Assembly (NCBI GenBank): GCA_963727825.1
Contig: CAVSHO010000009.1
Coordinates: 320,001 to 384,000 of the forward strand
Source of the DNA: Ignavibacteriota bacterium
GTDB lineage: Bacteria > Bacteroidota > Ignavibacteria > UBA10030
Reading direction: 5' to 3'
DNA length: 64,000 nucleotides
In this document: positions 43,281-53,895 of the stretch, piece by piece
Layout of the letters: every line of letters starts with the position of its first letter
Numbering within the stretch: position 1 is the first letter of the stretch
The notes under the pieces: generated by a model
The model's database searches: none
The model's input: the letters and a program-made list of their open reading frames with translations, nothing else
Told to the model about the DNA's origin: nothing
Position numbers and translations under genes: made by a program

Positions 43281-44435
43281 TCATGTAAGCGATCCTATGT
43301 ATTCACGAATATACTGCAATTTTTCATTGACCAATATGCTGATCTCATCAAATTCACAAGTTTTAGGAATAAACCCTTCGGCAACTTTTAATTCAGAAGC
43401 GCGAATTTGATTTTCTTCAGACGGTTCGCACAACAAAATGAAAGGGACTGTTTGATTTTTTGAACGGGTGCGCCAAAAATGTAGAAACTTGAAACCGCTT
43501 AAACCACCCTTCTCAGACATTGTATCGCAGAGAACAATTGTTGGATTAAGTTTTTCAACTTTTTCGAGCGCTTCCTCGGCACTTGAAGCCGACGCAACTG
43601 CAAATCCGATTTCCTTAAATCGTGGAACGAACTCTCCCCGCAGCTTATTATCTGGCGATATAAACAACATGGTGCCCCTGAATTGACTTGTCACTAATTC
43701 TGTTAAGAAATGAGACTCATATTCGAGATATTCATTGATAGAGATCTGATAAATTTTCCGCAACCACTCGAGCGTGGATGATGAACTTCGCAATAATTTT
43801 CGTTTAGCAATTACTTCTTTCACAGCTTTGCCATACATCATCAATTTAACTTCACGCGTTATTGATGTTTCTACTTCGGGTGGTATATTGAGAATCCGTA
43901 CTAATCTCTGAAGTTCTTCCACTTCGTTGTTTTTTGGTGCGCCAAATTGCCATGCTTTCTCAAGCTCAGCACGCAGTTGCCGTACTGACGCTTCAAGCTG
44001 CTGGTTCACTATTTCTTCGCGAGCCACTTGTTCTAGTTTAAGTGCACGGTTCAGTTCAGCAATTTGCTGACGCATTTCCATAATTGTTGATGTGAGTGAC
44101 TCTTCTTTTGATGAAACTTGAATTGGCTCAAATGGAGAAGCTGGAGTCGGATTCACCAACAATACGGGCTGAGGTCTTGTGATGACCATTGTATCTTTTG
44201 CGTTGTGATCTCTGGGGGCAGCTTGCAGATTTATATTGTTATGTTGTTTTGTATACGCCTCTTCAAAAAGCTTTAGACGTTCTTCAAAAGCGGAGATGTA
44301 CGGATTAGTGGGATCAATCCGACAAGCGTTTTGTATTTCTTCACGTGCCTTGTCAAAGATGTTATTCTTAAGATACTTGTCGGAAGCAAGAAGATGATCC
44401 TTTGCGACCATCCTATTTTTATCCGGGATTGTCAA
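43281..44435 (-). CDS. Hypothetical protein: TPR-like N-terminus, coiled coil, atypical C-terminal receiver domain
   Basis: C-terminal ~130 aa resemble REC (SAEEALEKV...VLCD...LSGF.FL...VPFILL...IPK). Confidence 0.65.
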   Translation of the reverse strand: MTIPDKNRMVAKDHLLASDKYLKNNIFDKAREEIQNACRIDPTNPYISAFEERLKLFEEAYTKQHNNINLQAAPRDHNAKDTMVITRPQPVLLVNPTPASPFEPIQVSSKEESLTSTIMEMRQQIAELNRALKLEQVAREEIVNQQLEASVRQLRAELEKAWQFGAPKNNEVEELQRLVRILNIPPEVETSITREVKLMMYGKAVKEVIAKRKLLRSSSSTLEWLRKIYQISINEYLEYESHFLTELVTSQFRGTMLFISPDNKLRGEFVPRFKEIGFAVASASSAEEALEKVEKLNPTIVLCDTMSEKGGLSGFKFLHFWRTRSKNQTVPFILLCEPSEENQIRASELKVAEGFIPKTCEFDEISILVNEKLQYIREYIGSLT

Positions 44436-44734
44436 TTCAATTTTCCCTCGTAACTCATTGCTTTCCTTCTTGTATGTGCCTAATACTCATCTGCTTATTA
44501 CAACAAACGTTTTACATTTTCCGTTCGCCTATATAAAATAAGAAGCTATTATTTTACATTAAAAGTAATCCGAAAATGGCGGAGTTTGGAATAGGATTAT
44601 TCCTATGCATGTTGAATGATTGATTTATCGAGGATTTCCTAGCGAATTTTGTGTTATAAACAAAAAAGGCAAAGCCAACACGTTTCTCGCGAGATTGCCT
44701 GTTTTGTAGATAACCATTGAGCCTTTGAGCCATA

Positions 44735-44809
44735 GTAGAGTCCAGTCACCGAATGGACTTTCTTTCCATTGTAGTCTTTAAGTCATCCGATCTAATGATC
44801 GGACTCTAC
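44735..44809. repeat. 75-bp GTAG REP-like element, copy 2
   Basis: Direct-orientation homolog of 41414-41488. Confidence 0.8.
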
Positions 44810-44870
44810 ATTATCGTTTTTTTTTGTAAAGCAAGGGATTTTTTTCTTGTTTAATCGTCAGACAGTCCCA

Positions 44871-45770
44871 TTATTCTTCGTTAAAATAGTCTGAATCGAT
44901 CCGTTTAATTTCATAGTTGGTTACGGGTGTAACTCCGATATTATGATCAATCATATATTGCGCCAATTGTTGACCATCAATTAAGACAATTTTGCTATCA
45001 ATTTTTGCCGCGAAGTCATTCGCCTCTTTGGAAAAATCAGAAGTTGTTATAAAAACTCCCTTCTTGGCTCGCTGTCCTTGAAGTGCGCCTGCAAACTTTT
45101 GTATTTCAGGACGACTCACCGTGTTTTCCCAACGCTTGGCTTGAATATAAATGATATCGAGACCAAGGCGATCTTCTTTAATAATGCCGTCAATTCCTTC
45201 ATCGCCTGACTTGCCAACTGCTCTACCGGCATCTTTAAGACTGCCACCATAACCCATTGCGACAAGTAATTGAACTACAATTCTCTCGAATTGCCGTGGA
45301 GGGCTGGATTTAATCTGTTGGAGAATATCGCTCGCCAAACTTTGGCGCATACTAATGAAAGCACTTTCGAGAATTTCTTCCGGCGTATCACCGGCGGTAG
45401 GTAATACTTCTTCATCCTTTTCGTGTCTGATAGATTGAAATTCGACAAACTCAGGATATTGTTCAAGAAAGACACGATCTATTTTCTTAGGATTTGAAGA
45501 AAGAACATCTTGTCCACGTTTAGTAATAATGAAATAGGAACGTCGAGGTGATTCAAGCAATCCTGCTTTCTTCATATATGTTCTTGACCAACCTAATCGA
45601 TTGAAAAATACGGTTTGCTGACCACTCGGCAAGAGAATCCCTTGTTCCTGTTCACTAAGATTGAACACCTTAGCCAACTTCTCTTCTGCTTCGTGAAGTG
45701 TATGTTCTTTTGCATCTCCAGCAAATTTCAAGAGAGGGAGCATGATTGTTTGAAAATCTGGTATGGTCAT
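44871..45770 (-). CDS. mrr: Mrr restriction endonuclease (type IV)
   Basis: MTIPDFQTIMLPLL, NRLGW, GDEGIDG, IQAKRW and GVFITTS motifs. Confidence 0.95.
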   Translation of the reverse strand: MTIPDFQTIMLPLLKFAGDAKEHTLHEAEEKLAKVFNLSEQEQGILLPSGQQTVFFNRLGWSRTYMKKAGLLESPRRSYFIITKRGQDVLSSNPKKIDRVFLEQYPEFVEFQSIRHEKDEEVLPTAGDTPEEILESAFISMRQSLASDILQQIKSSPPRQFERIVVQLLVAMGYGGSLKDAGRAVGKSGDEGIDGIIKEDRLGLDIIYIQAKRWENTVSRPEIQKFAGALQGQRAKKGVFITTSDFSKEANDFAAKIDSKIVLIDGQQLAQYMIDHNIGVTPVTNYEIKRIDSDYFNEE

Positions 45771-45849
45771 AGTATTTATCCCTATTTTTATTGGAACCAT
45801 TAGCGAATATCAACTCCGCGCTACAAATTCATTCTCCACCATTATAATT

Positions 45850-46329
45850 TTACTTTTTATTTTTCTGCAGTAGCGCTTTAAGCACAATCGGCGGAACAAA
45901 ATTGCTTACATCGCCGCCCAGCCGGGCAATTTCCCTAACAAAATTTGAACTAAGGTAGGTGTATTTTTCATTAGGCATCAGAAAGATAGTCTCCATCGTT
46001 TCATCTAACTTCCGGTTCATCAGCGCCATTTGAAGCTCGTATTCGAAATCTGTCATCGCGCGCAAGCCACGTACGACCGAAATAGCCTTTTGTTTCTTTA
46101 CATAATCCACCAATAATCCTTCAAAAGAATCCACTTCTACATTTTTATATTTTTTCGTCACCTTCCGGAGAAGTGCGATTCGTTCCTTTTCCGTGAAAAG
46201 TGGGTCTTTGGCCGTGTTCCGCGCGATGGTGATAATGACTTTGTCAAATAGCTTAAGCGCGCGCTCGAGAATATCTATGTGACCGTTTGTTACAGGGTCA
46301 AATGTTCCGGGATAAATGGCAATTTTCAT
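45850..46329 (-). CDS. coaD: Phosphopantetheine adenylyltransferase
   Basis: YPGTFDPVTNGH, RGLR..TDFEYE and SS.VRE motifs. Confidence 0.96.
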   Translation of the reverse strand: MKIAIYPGTFDPVTNGHIDILERALKLFDKVIITIARNTAKDPLFTEKERIALLRKVTKKYKNVEVDSFEGLLVDYVKKQKAISVVRGLRAMTDFEYELQMALMNRKLDETMETIFLMPNEKYTYLSSNFVREIARLGGDVSNFVPPIVLKALLQKNKK

Positions 46330-46341
46330 TTTATGTCCTTG

Positions 46342-47349
46342 TTAATAATGGATCGCCTTTTTGAGATTCTGTTTTTGAATATTAAATGTGTTGCGTTCCC
46401 AGAAGACCTTTTCGACATATCCTTGAATCGAATTATCGGTATCCGTATTTAATATTCTTTTTTCGGCCCAAAGAGCATATTCCTGATTCATCTCAACGCC
46501 AAAATAGTTTCTTCCTAATTTTTTTGAAACAACAGATGTAGTTCCAGAGCCTAAAAATGGGTCAAAAACTAATCCATCTTTAGGACAACTTGCTAAAATC
46601 AATTTTGCAATTAACTTTTCCGGCTTTTGGGTAGGATGATCTGTGTTTTCAGGCATTGACCAATATGGGATAGTAATATCATCCCAAAAATTGGATGAAT
46701 ATGTTAATCGAAAATTCCCTTCTTCTGTTTCTTGCCAATCCTTTGGTTTGCCGTCCTCTCTATACGGCGCAATCACTTTCCTTTTCATCTTCACAGATTC
46801 AACATCAAAATAATAATTCTTTGGATCCTTTACTCCAAACCAAATGTCTTCCATACCATTTTTCCAGTTGCTTAATGCTCCTCTCCCTTTCTCCCTTTGC
46901 CATGTAATACGATTTAAAACGGTTAAATTTTCCTCCATTACTTGCTGTAATGCCGAAGTGCATTTCCAATCACCACACAGATAAAGAGAGCCATTCGGTT
47001 TTAGAATGGTTACCACTTTTGGGAACCAAGACCTTAGGTATTCAAGGTAATCTTTATCGCTAGACAATTTGAATTTATAACCATGAAAATCCTTTGTCAA
47101 ATTGTAAGGAGGATCAATGATAATTAAATCCGCTATGCCCTTTGGCAATAAATCAATTACCTCAAACAGATCGCATAATATCGTTTTGTTCAGGATTTCT
47201 TCTCTGGTAAAAATATTTTTCCTATTTGGTTTTACAATGTTCTTGAATAAAACTGATTTTTCTTTTTCTTTTATTGTCAAAGTCTGGTTTCTACCAGCTC
47301 TAACTTTTTCATTCAATTTGTTCATCTCTATTTTTTTGTCATTGTTCAT
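46342..47349 (-). CDS. Orphan site-specific DNA methyltransferase (N6A/N4C, beta class)
   Basis: DPPY, HPTQKP and DPFLGSGTT motifs; AT-rich. Confidence 0.9.
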   Translation of the reverse strand: MNNDKKIEMNKLNEKVRAGRNQTLTIKEKEKSVLFKNIVKPNRKNIFTREEILNKTILCDLFEVIDLLPKGIADLIIIDPPYNLTKDFHGYKFKLSSDKDYLEYLRSWFPKVVTILKPNGSLYLCGDWKCTSALQQVMEENLTVLNRITWQREKGRGALSNWKNGMEDIWFGVKDPKNYYFDVESVKMKRKVIAPYREDGKPKDWQETEEGNFRLTYSSNFWDDITIPYWSMPENTDHPTQKPEKLIAKLILASCPKDGLVFDPFLGSGTTSVVSKKLGRNYFGVEMNQEYALWAEKRILNTDTDNSIQGYVEKVFWERNTFNIQKQNLKKAIHY

Positions 47350-47903
47350 ACTGTTGGAACAATCGTTTTTAAGATGAGTACGGTCGTTTGGCCAAATGCT
47401 TTCTTTAGAACTTCATATTTTTGTTCGTCTAATTCAATTATAGATTCGCGGCTGTGTTCCATCACCACATACGTGCCGTTGCGTAAAACACCTGAATCAT
47501 AAATTGCATTCGGCAGTATACCTATGTTTTCCAATTTATACGGCGGGTCAATAAAGACAAGATCGTATTTCCGATTAATATTCTTCAGATACCAAAATAC
47601 ATCCGCTTGATAGACAGAACATTGCGATTCGCACCCTAGCGAAGCTATATTCTTCTCCAGCACGTCCAACGATTTGCGGGCTTTGTCTATAAAAGTGACA
47701 CTTTTGACACCACGGCTAAGTGCTTCCAATCCAAGACTGCCGCTGCCTGCAAATAAATCCAAAACATCCAAGCCGTCAAACTCGATTCGGTTTGATATAA
47801 TATCAAAGATGGTTTGTTTTGCGCGGTCTGTCGTTGGTCGGACGGACAAATCGCGCACAGATTCAATTGAACGGCCGCGGAATTCGCCTGCAATAATCCT
47901 CAT
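47346..47903 (-). CDS. rsmD: 16S rRNA m2G966 methyltransferase
   Basis: MRIIAGEFRGR, RPTTDR, LDLFAGSG.LGLEALSRG and DPPY motifs. Confidence 0.94.
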   Translation of the reverse strand: MRIIAGEFRGRSIESVRDLSVRPTTDRAKQTIFDIISNRIEFDGLDVLDLFAGSGSLGLEALSRGVKSVTFIDKARKSLDVLEKNIASLGCESQCSVYQADVFWYLKNINRKYDLVFIDPPYKLENIGILPNAIYDSGVLRNGTYVVMEHSRESIIELDEQKYEVLKKAFGQTTVLILKTIVPTV

Positions 47904-48820
47904 TTAGTGCGCAGCGCCAAACCGATTGCCGCAGCGAACCGGTAGCTTTCTTTCATAAACTGTTGTGATAAGTTGTTCACTGCACGGATTTTCCTCAACG
48001 AATTCATCGCAAGCGTTTGTTTTATACCAGTCGTCGTCCTGAGCGATACGACAAAATCCCTGGTGATGTCTATGCCGTGCAGAAGAATTGCCGCCGGTGT
48101 TTCGATGTCTTTCTGTTTAAGGTATTTCAAATATTTCATTATGGGTTTCGTCGGATCGGAATTGCCATTATAATGAAATGCCCTGTAATCCGTCATCGCA
48201 CCCTCGTGAATGAGGCTTGCATCTACTCCGTTTTTACGAAATCCGAAGAGTACAATTTCATGTTCGAGAATCTCTGGATAATTCGTGATGAGTGTTTTCT
48301 CCGTGCTGAACTGATCAATGTCAATGATATTCAGATTCATCTTTAATCCTGCTACGGCTTTTTGCAGGAACGCCGCTATTCCACGCCGTATAGCCACCAT
48401 AAACGTTTGTTGTGCCATTTTATTTTTAAGGGGCAGACTGTCTGCACCGATGAAGAACTCTTTCGGAGACGCGTTTGGAAAATACTGATTCATTTCCCAT
48501 TGCAGATATTGAGATAAATCTTTTCCCTTCAATCCTGGATCAGTAGGAATAATACTGATGAACATCGGATCAGGCGGAAGCGCAAAGGAAATGTTTTCCG
48601 CAATCACTTTCTGCTGTTTAATGATCCCCTTTAATTCCGACACAAATATTCCCAGCTGTGGATGCGTAGCCGATAGATTTGCTCCGGTTTGCGCAAAGTC
48701 TATTGCCGTTTCTCGTTCTGCCAATACCGTAACAGTTCGTTTTTTCCTCTTGTGTTCAACTTCGGCTAATTGGATTTTTCCTTTGAGGAACGAAACGCCG
48801 ACATATCTGATTGCTTTCAT
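47900..48820 (-). CDS. PilM-like actin-fold pilus assembly protein
   Basis: WE..QYFP, AGLK...IDIDQF and FAAAIGLALR terminal motif. Confidence 0.65.
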   Translation of the reverse strand: MKAIRYVGVSFLKGKIQLAEVEHKRKKRTVTVLAERETAIDFAQTGANLSATHPQLGIFVSELKGIIKQQKVIAENISFALPPDPMFISIIPTDPGLKGKDLSQYLQWEMNQYFPNASPKEFFIGADSLPLKNKMAQQTFMVAIRRGIAAFLQKAVAGLKMNLNIIDIDQFSTEKTLITNYPEILEHEIVLFGFRKNGVDASLIHEGAMTDYRAFHYNGNSDPTKPIMKYLKYLKQKDIETPAAILLHGIDITRDFVVSLRTTTGIKQTLAMNSLRKIRAVNNLSQQFMKESYRFAAAIGLALRTK

Positions 48821-48845
48821 GTAAAAATCTCTCGATGAGTGGTCG

Positions 48846-49271
48846 CTATTGAGTTGTAATCAACGGTCTAAGGTTTTCTATTTTTTTCTTACTCATTCCT
48901 TTTACAGCACGTAATTCATCAACGTTGGAGAACTTTCCTGTTTCTGTGCGATATGTGAGAATGCGATCTGCTGTCACTTCGCCAACGCCGGGCAAATCCA
49001 GAAGCTGCTGCTTTGTTGCTGTGTTGATATTAAGTTTGCCTGATGTATCTTCGATTCCTTCCTTGACCGCTTCAGCTGAACTATCTTCAGGTGCGGTACT
49101 CAATGCGGCGAATGTACTATCGGATGTATGATAATCAAATTGCGGCGCTGATGGAAACGTCGCTTGATACAACCGGATGCCGGCACCCGCAAGCAGTGTG
49201 ACAATGAGGAACAGAATTACCTTCCGTTCTGTATTAGTCAATGCAACCCAGTCTGCGATGCGCTTCAGCAT
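48846..49271 (-). CDS. comEA: ComEA-family helix-hairpin-helix DNA-binding protein
   Basis: N-terminal TM and NINTAT..QL..LPGVG...A.RI..YR...GKF...DEL..VKG. Confidence 0.85.
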   Translation of the reverse strand: MLKRIADWVALTNTERKVILFLIVTLLAGAGIRLYQATFPSAPQFDYHTSDSTFAALSTAPEDSSAEAVKEGIEDTSGKLNINTATKQQLLDLPGVGEVTADRILTYRTETGKFSNVDELRAVKGMSKKKIENLRPLITTQ

Positions 49272-49277
49272 GTCCGA

Positions 49278-50450
49278 TCAAGAAAAAGTATCTTTTACTT
49301 TATCAAAAAAACTCCGATCGCTATTGCGGAGATCTTCTTCGCTTGGATTGACGTGTTCGCAAGAAGAAAGAGTGCGCAGTAACTCCTTTTCTTTACTGTT
49401 AATTTTTGTCGGCACCCATACATTCACACGCACTAATTCATCTCCGCGGCCATAGTTGTTTAGATGCGGAATTCCGCGTTCGCGCATCCTTAGCAATCTG
49501 CCGGCCGGTGTTCCAGGATCAATTGTAAGTTTCGCTTTTCCTGTCAGTGTGGGGATCTCCACGCTGCCGCCGGTCACTGCGGTTGGATAACTGATCCATA
49601 AATCATAAACGATATCATCGCCGTTACGTTTGAAATTCTGATGTCGTTCTTCTTCAATGACGACAATTAAATCGCCGGCAGGGCCTCCGCGACGCCCGGC
49701 ATTACCTTGACCAGTAAGTGTGATATAATTACCTTCCGACACGCCAGCTGGTACTGTAACCTTAATAGTCGATTCGCCCTGTACTCTTCCTTCGCCAGAA
49801 CAAGTGAGGCACGGATCTTTGACAATACGTCCTTCACCTTCGCAATTTGGACAAGTGGTAATGTTCACAAATTGACCGAACATCGAGCGTGACACTTGGC
49901 GCAATTCCCCGCTTCCACCGCATTGTGGACATTCTGTTTTTCCGCTGGATGTTTTTGCACCGCTACCGTTACAAATATCGCACTTTTTTTGTCGCTTTAC
50001 CTTAATTTTCTTTTCGATACTACTGGCAATTTCTTCAAGCGTCAAAGATAGACGCACACGCAAGTCAGAACCCGGTTGTCCATGTTGCGAAGAAGAACGC
50101 CGCCGCGATCTTTGACCGCCGCCGAATACTTCATCGAAAATCGAGCCGCCAAAACCACCGGTAAAAATATCACCGAATGTGCTAAAGATATCGTTAATGT
50201 CATTAAAGTCACGATAGTTAGTACCGCGCAATCCTTCATGACCAAACTGATCATAACGTTGTTTCTTTTCCGGATCACACAGCACTTCATACGCTTCTGC
50301 TGCTTCCTTAAATTTTTCTTCCGATTCTTTATTTCCGGCGTTGCGATCAGGATGATATTTCATCGCCATTTGGCGGTATGCTTTCTTGATTTCATCCTGC
50401 GTAGCGTTTCGTTCAAGTCCTAACACTTCATAAAAATCTCTTTTCGCCAT
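49278..50450 (-). CDS. dnaJ: Chaperone DnaJ
   Basis: HPD J-domain, G/F region and four CxxCxGxG repeats. Confidence 0.97.
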   Translation of the reverse strand: MAKRDFYEVLGLERNATQDEIKKAYRQMAMKYHPDRNAGNKESEEKFKEAAEAYEVLCDPEKKQRYDQFGHEGLRGTNYRDFNDINDIFSTFGDIFTGGFGGSIFDEVFGGGQRSRRRSSSQHGQPGSDLRVRLSLTLEEIASSIEKKIKVKRQKKCDICNGSGAKTSSGKTECPQCGGSGELRQVSRSMFGQFVNITTCPNCEGEGRIVKDPCLTCSGEGRVQGESTIKVTVPAGVSEGNYITLTGQGNAGRRGGPAGDLIVVIEEERHQNFKRNGDDIVYDLWISYPTAVTGGSVEIPTLTGKAKLTIDPGTPAGRLLRMRERGIPHLNNYGRGDELVRVNVWVPTKINSKEKELLRTLSSCEHVNPSEEDLRNSDRSFFDKVKDTFS

Positions 50451-50456
50451 ATCCGG

Positions 50457-51068
50457 TTATTCCTCTGAAGTGCTGATCGAAGATTTTGTCTGTTTTATTT
50501 CGCTCTGTTCTTCTGGCGGAGCGGAAGAAACAACTACCTTTGCATGGCGAATGATTTTATCGTCCAGCATATATCCTTTTTCAATTTCTTCGATCACTGT
50601 ATGAGGCGGCAGGTCTTTTCTCGGCATTTGCAATAACGCGTCATGATAATCGACGCTGAATTCTTTTCCTACTGTTTCAAATGTCTTCACGCCTCGTCCT
50701 TCCAGCACTTTCACCAATTTCAAATAAATCAATTCCACACCTTTTACTAAGGCATCAGATTCTTTGCTTTCTTTGCTGTGCTTGAGCGAGCGTTCAAAGT
50801 CGTCCAGCACCGGAAGCAAATCATCGATCAGTGATTCAGTCGCAAACTTGACAATGTTAGTCGTTTCATTTTCGATACGCCGTTTGTAATTATCAAACTC
50901 AGCCGCCTTTCTTAACAGCATATCTTTGTATTGATCAACTTGTTTCTGCAGTTCTTCTATCTGAAGCTTGGGTGATGCTGCCTCTGTCAATTCGGTTTGT
51001 GGTTGTGTTTCCGGTTTTTGTTCTTCTTTAGTTCCATTTTTCTTTTTTTCCAAATCGCTCATTTCCAT
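50457..51068 (-). CDS. grpE: Nucleotide exchange factor GrpE
   Basis: AEFDNYKRR, LLPVLDDFER and KGY.L...IIRHAKVVV motifs. Confidence 0.96.
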   Translation of the reverse strand: MEMSDLEKKKNGTKEEQKPETQPQTELTEAASPKLQIEELQKQVDQYKDMLLRKAAEFDNYKRRIENETTNIVKFATESLIDDLLPVLDDFERSLKHSKESKESDALVKGVELIYLKLVKVLEGRGVKTFETVGKEFSVDYHDALLQMPRKDLPPHTVIEEIEKGYMLDDKIIRHAKVVVSSAPPEEQSEIKQTKSSISTSEE

Positions 51069-51118
51069 TTCTTACCTAATGAATTTATCCGCATGGCAAT
51101 TCCTACGGTTTTTTTATT

Positions 51119-52168
51119 TTATGAATTTAACATCTTTGCAATCGCCTGCGCCACGTAATCGACTAACGGAATAACTTTGCCATAATTCATTCGTGTAGGG
51201 CCGATAATGCCAACACGACCTGTCACTCCGCCAACATCGTACGTCGCTGTAACAAAGCTGTATTCTTTTGTTGTTTCGTCTTTATTTTCTGTACCGATTG
51301 TTACTACATAATTCCTACGTGATTCATCATGCCTTTCCAATAAGTGAACTATGATATCTTCGTTTTCAATAAGTTCAATAACAGATCTAAAGTTTTTGGG
51401 ATCCACAAATTCCGGTTGATCTACTATGTTCTTCGTCCCGCCGATGATGACTTTTTCGCGATCTTTGGAATCAGTAAAAAGTTGATCTACCGATTCAATA
51501 AATAGCCGGATCAATCCGGTTTTTTCATTCTGCATGTCCCGAACCCGGTCAATGAACGAATCGCGTATTTCTTTAAGCGTCAATCCGGACAACCGCTCGT
51601 TGATGATACGACCAACTTGATCCAGATGATCGCGAGGGACTTCAGCACCGACTTCCAACATAATCGTTCGGATAATACCGGTACGAATTGAAATCACCAC
51701 GAGAAGCTTTGAGCTTGTTATAGGGATTAATTCAACTTTTTCAAATATCCCGCTGCTTAAATGCGGCGATGTTACAACACTAAGTTGATGTGAAATCTTC
51801 CCGAGCAATTTTGAGGTCTCACGCAGCATTTCATCTGCATCATTTGTCTGGTTCAATTGCTGCTGAATTCGCAGTTTTTCATCATCATCTAATTGCTGCA
51901 TCTCCATCAGATAATCAATATAAAACCTGTATCCCAGGTCAGTCGGTACCCTTCCTGCCGATGTATGCGGATGAGACAAGAACCCCGTTTCTTCCAAATC
52001 CGCCATAACATTGCGGATAGAAGCCGCACTGAGATTCTTTTCCAAATGTTTTGAAATATACCGCGAGCCGACAGGAATAGCCGTTTGAATATAATTGTAC
52101 ACAACGTGATGCAAAATGCTCTGTTCACGTTCGGTCAACTTTCCATTTTCTTTAGTTACTTCTACCAT
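51119..52168 (-). CDS. hrcA: Heat-inducible transcription repressor HrcA
   Basis: PVGS, SAASIRN.MADLE..G.L.HPHTSAGRVPT and GPTRM.Y motifs. Confidence 0.95.
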   Translation of the reverse strand: MVEVTKENGKLTEREQSILHHVVYNYIQTAIPVGSRYISKHLEKNLSAASIRNVMADLEETGFLSHPHTSAGRVPTDLGYRFYIDYLMEMQQLDDDEKLRIQQQLNQTNDADEMLRETSKLLGKISHQLSVVTSPHLSSGIFEKVELIPITSSKLLVVISIRTGIIRTIMLEVGAEVPRDHLDQVGRIINERLSGLTLKEIRDSFIDRVRDMQNEKTGLIRLFIESVDQLFTDSKDREKVIIGGTKNIVDQPEFVDPKNFRSVIELIENEDIIVHLLERHDESRRNYVVTIGTENKDETTKEYSFVTATYDVGGVTGRVGIIGPTRMNYGKVIPLVDYVAQAIAKMLNS

Positions 52169-52222
52169 CTTACACCTATATCTCCAATACAAAATTAACC
52201 ATTAAACGCTCCTTTGTCAAGG

Positions 52223-52249
52223 TAAGCACTCGATGAGTGCTAGTGCTCT
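52223..52249. promoter_or_regulatory. CIRCE-like HrcA operator
   Basis: TAAGCACTC-N9-TAGTGCTCT versus consensus TTAGCACTC-N9-GAGTGCTAA, about 55 bp upstream of hrcA. Confidence 0.65.
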
Positions 52250-52331
52250 GATATTGCAAATGAAATCTTACAACTCTCAAAATTTGCTGGAAATTGCATC
52301 GCCTTACATTTCTTCTTATCTTATCATAGTT

Positions 52332-53453
52332 ATGAATGCAAAACTTGTTCTCGAAAACGGCACTATTTTCAACGGCGAATCGTTCGGTGCAAATGGTGAA
52401 ACAACCGGCGAAGTGGTTTTCAACACCAGTCTTACCGGATATCAAGAAATCCTTACCGATCCATCGTACGCTGGGCAAATCGTAACAATGACGTATCCAC
52501 TTATCGGAAATTACGGCGTGAACACGGAAGATCTCGAATCGGTTAAACCGCAAGTAGCAGGATTCGTAGTAAAGGAATATAGTGAATTTCCAAGTAACTT
52601 CCGCTCGACCGAAAGCCTCGGCAATTGGCTCTCAAAGCACAATATTGTTGGTATTCAAGGTATAGACACAAGAATGCTGACGAAGATGATTCGTTCCGTC
52701 GGTGCAATGCGTGGAATTATTTCTACGGAAGATTCAGATGATAATAATTTGCTTGTTAAGGTGATGCAATCGCCGCAAATGGCGGGATTAGATCTAGCCA
52801 GCCGCGTTACAACGCTCCAACCATACAAATGGGATAAAGTTGATAAGACACAGTTCGCGCTTCCTTTAGCTAAGGCTGTTTCTGGAAAGAAATGGAATGT
52901 GCTTGTGTACGATTACGGCGTGAAGCAAAATATCCTGCGCCGGCTGACTTCCTACGGATGCAATTTAACCGTATTGCCCGCACAGACTTCTGCAGAAGAC
53001 GTATTAAAAATGAAACCGGACGGGATTTTTCTTTCTAATGGTCCGGGCGATCCGGCAGCAGTAACTTATGCCATCGATAACATTAAAAAGTTAATTGGAA
53101 AGAAACCGATCTTCGGAATTTGCCTCGGACACCAGCTGCTGGCATTAGCGCTTGGTGGAAAAACATTTAAATTGAAATTCGGACATCGCGGCGGCAACCA
53201 TCCTGTAAAGAATCTGATGACCGGAGCAATCGAGATTACCTCGCAGAATCATGGCTTCGCAGTCGATCCGGATTCACTCGATTCAAAATCTATTGAGATT
53301 ACTCACGAGAACTGGAATGACCACACGAATGAAGGATTTCGCCATCGTTCGCTGCCGATTTTCTCCGTTCAATATCACCCGGAAGCTTCACCCGGTCCGC
53401 ATGACAGCGATTATCTTTTCTCCCAATTCGTGGAAATGATGGGAAAACAGTAA
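52332..53453 (+). CDS. carA: Carbamoyl-phosphate synthase small subunit
   Basis: GEVVFNT..TGYQE.LTDPSY, SNGPGDP, GICLGHQ and QYHPE motifs. Confidence 0.96.
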   Translation: MNAKLVLENGTIFNGESFGANGETTGEVVFNTSLTGYQEILTDPSYAGQIVTMTYPLIGNYGVNTEDLESVKPQVAGFVVKEYSEFPSNFRSTESLGNWLSKHNIVGIQGIDTRMLTKMIRSVGAMRGIISTEDSDDNNLLVKVMQSPQMAGLDLASRVTTLQPYKWDKVDKTQFALPLAKAVSGKKWNVLVYDYGVKQNILRRLTSYGCNLTVLPAQTSAEDVLKMKPDGIFLSNGPGDPAAVTYAIDNIKKLIGKKPIFGICLGHQLLALALGGKTFKLKFGHRGGNHPVKNLMTGAIEITSQNHGFAVDPDSLDSKSIEITHENWNDHTNEGFRHRSLPIFSVQYHPEASPGPHDSDYLFSQFVEMMGKQ

Positions 53454-53480
53454 CCATTCTAACTTCACAATTCAAAAGTG

Positions 53481-53510
53481 AGCCGAATGTAAAAGCATCC
53501 GGCTTTTTTG
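53481..53510 (+). terminator. Rho-independent terminator after carA
   Basis: AGCCGAATG-loop-CATCCGGCT followed by TTTTT. Confidence 0.7.
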
Positions 53511-53541
53511 TTTATTTCACTCAGTATTTCTTTATAAATAA

Positions 53542-53895
53542 TTATATGTAGTGCAAGGATTTAAGTAACTTTAAAATTGGGTTTAGGATGATGCCTAGTA
53601 CTGCTAAAATAAAAAGAATTTTGGCAAGTATTATTCCGTACTTCGACCAGATTTTTTGTTCGCGTTGGAATTGTTCAACACTCTCCCACCGTTTATTCTG
53701 CCAAGCCCATTCATTCCCTCTCATTCCCAGAACAATCATCATTATAAATCCAATAACCGGTATAAAACAAAGGAAAGCAATATAGGTCTTGTTACGAATT
53801 CCCCATATCCAATTCAGGAAGAAGGCACCCCAATTCCATCGGATAATTTCTCGAGGGACATCTGCCGCCTCTCCCTGTCCAGATGTGTTCTCCAT
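53542..53895 (-). CDS. Conserved small membrane protein (WNWGAF motif)
   Basis: NTSGQG, WNWGAFFLNWIWGI and GNEWAW...W.S.EQF..EQ..W motifs. Confidence 0.7.
   Translation of the reverse strand: MENTSGQGEAADVPREIIRWNWGAFFLNWIWGIRNKTYIAFLCFIPVIGFIMMIVLGMRGNEWAWQNKRWESVEQFQREQKIWSKYGIILAKILFILAVLGIILNPILKLLKSLHYI

Noticed and set aside
49278-53453. Missing dnaK next to grpE-dnaJ and missing carB next to carA
   Set aside because: These genes are often unlinked in this lineage, and absence from one window is uninformative.
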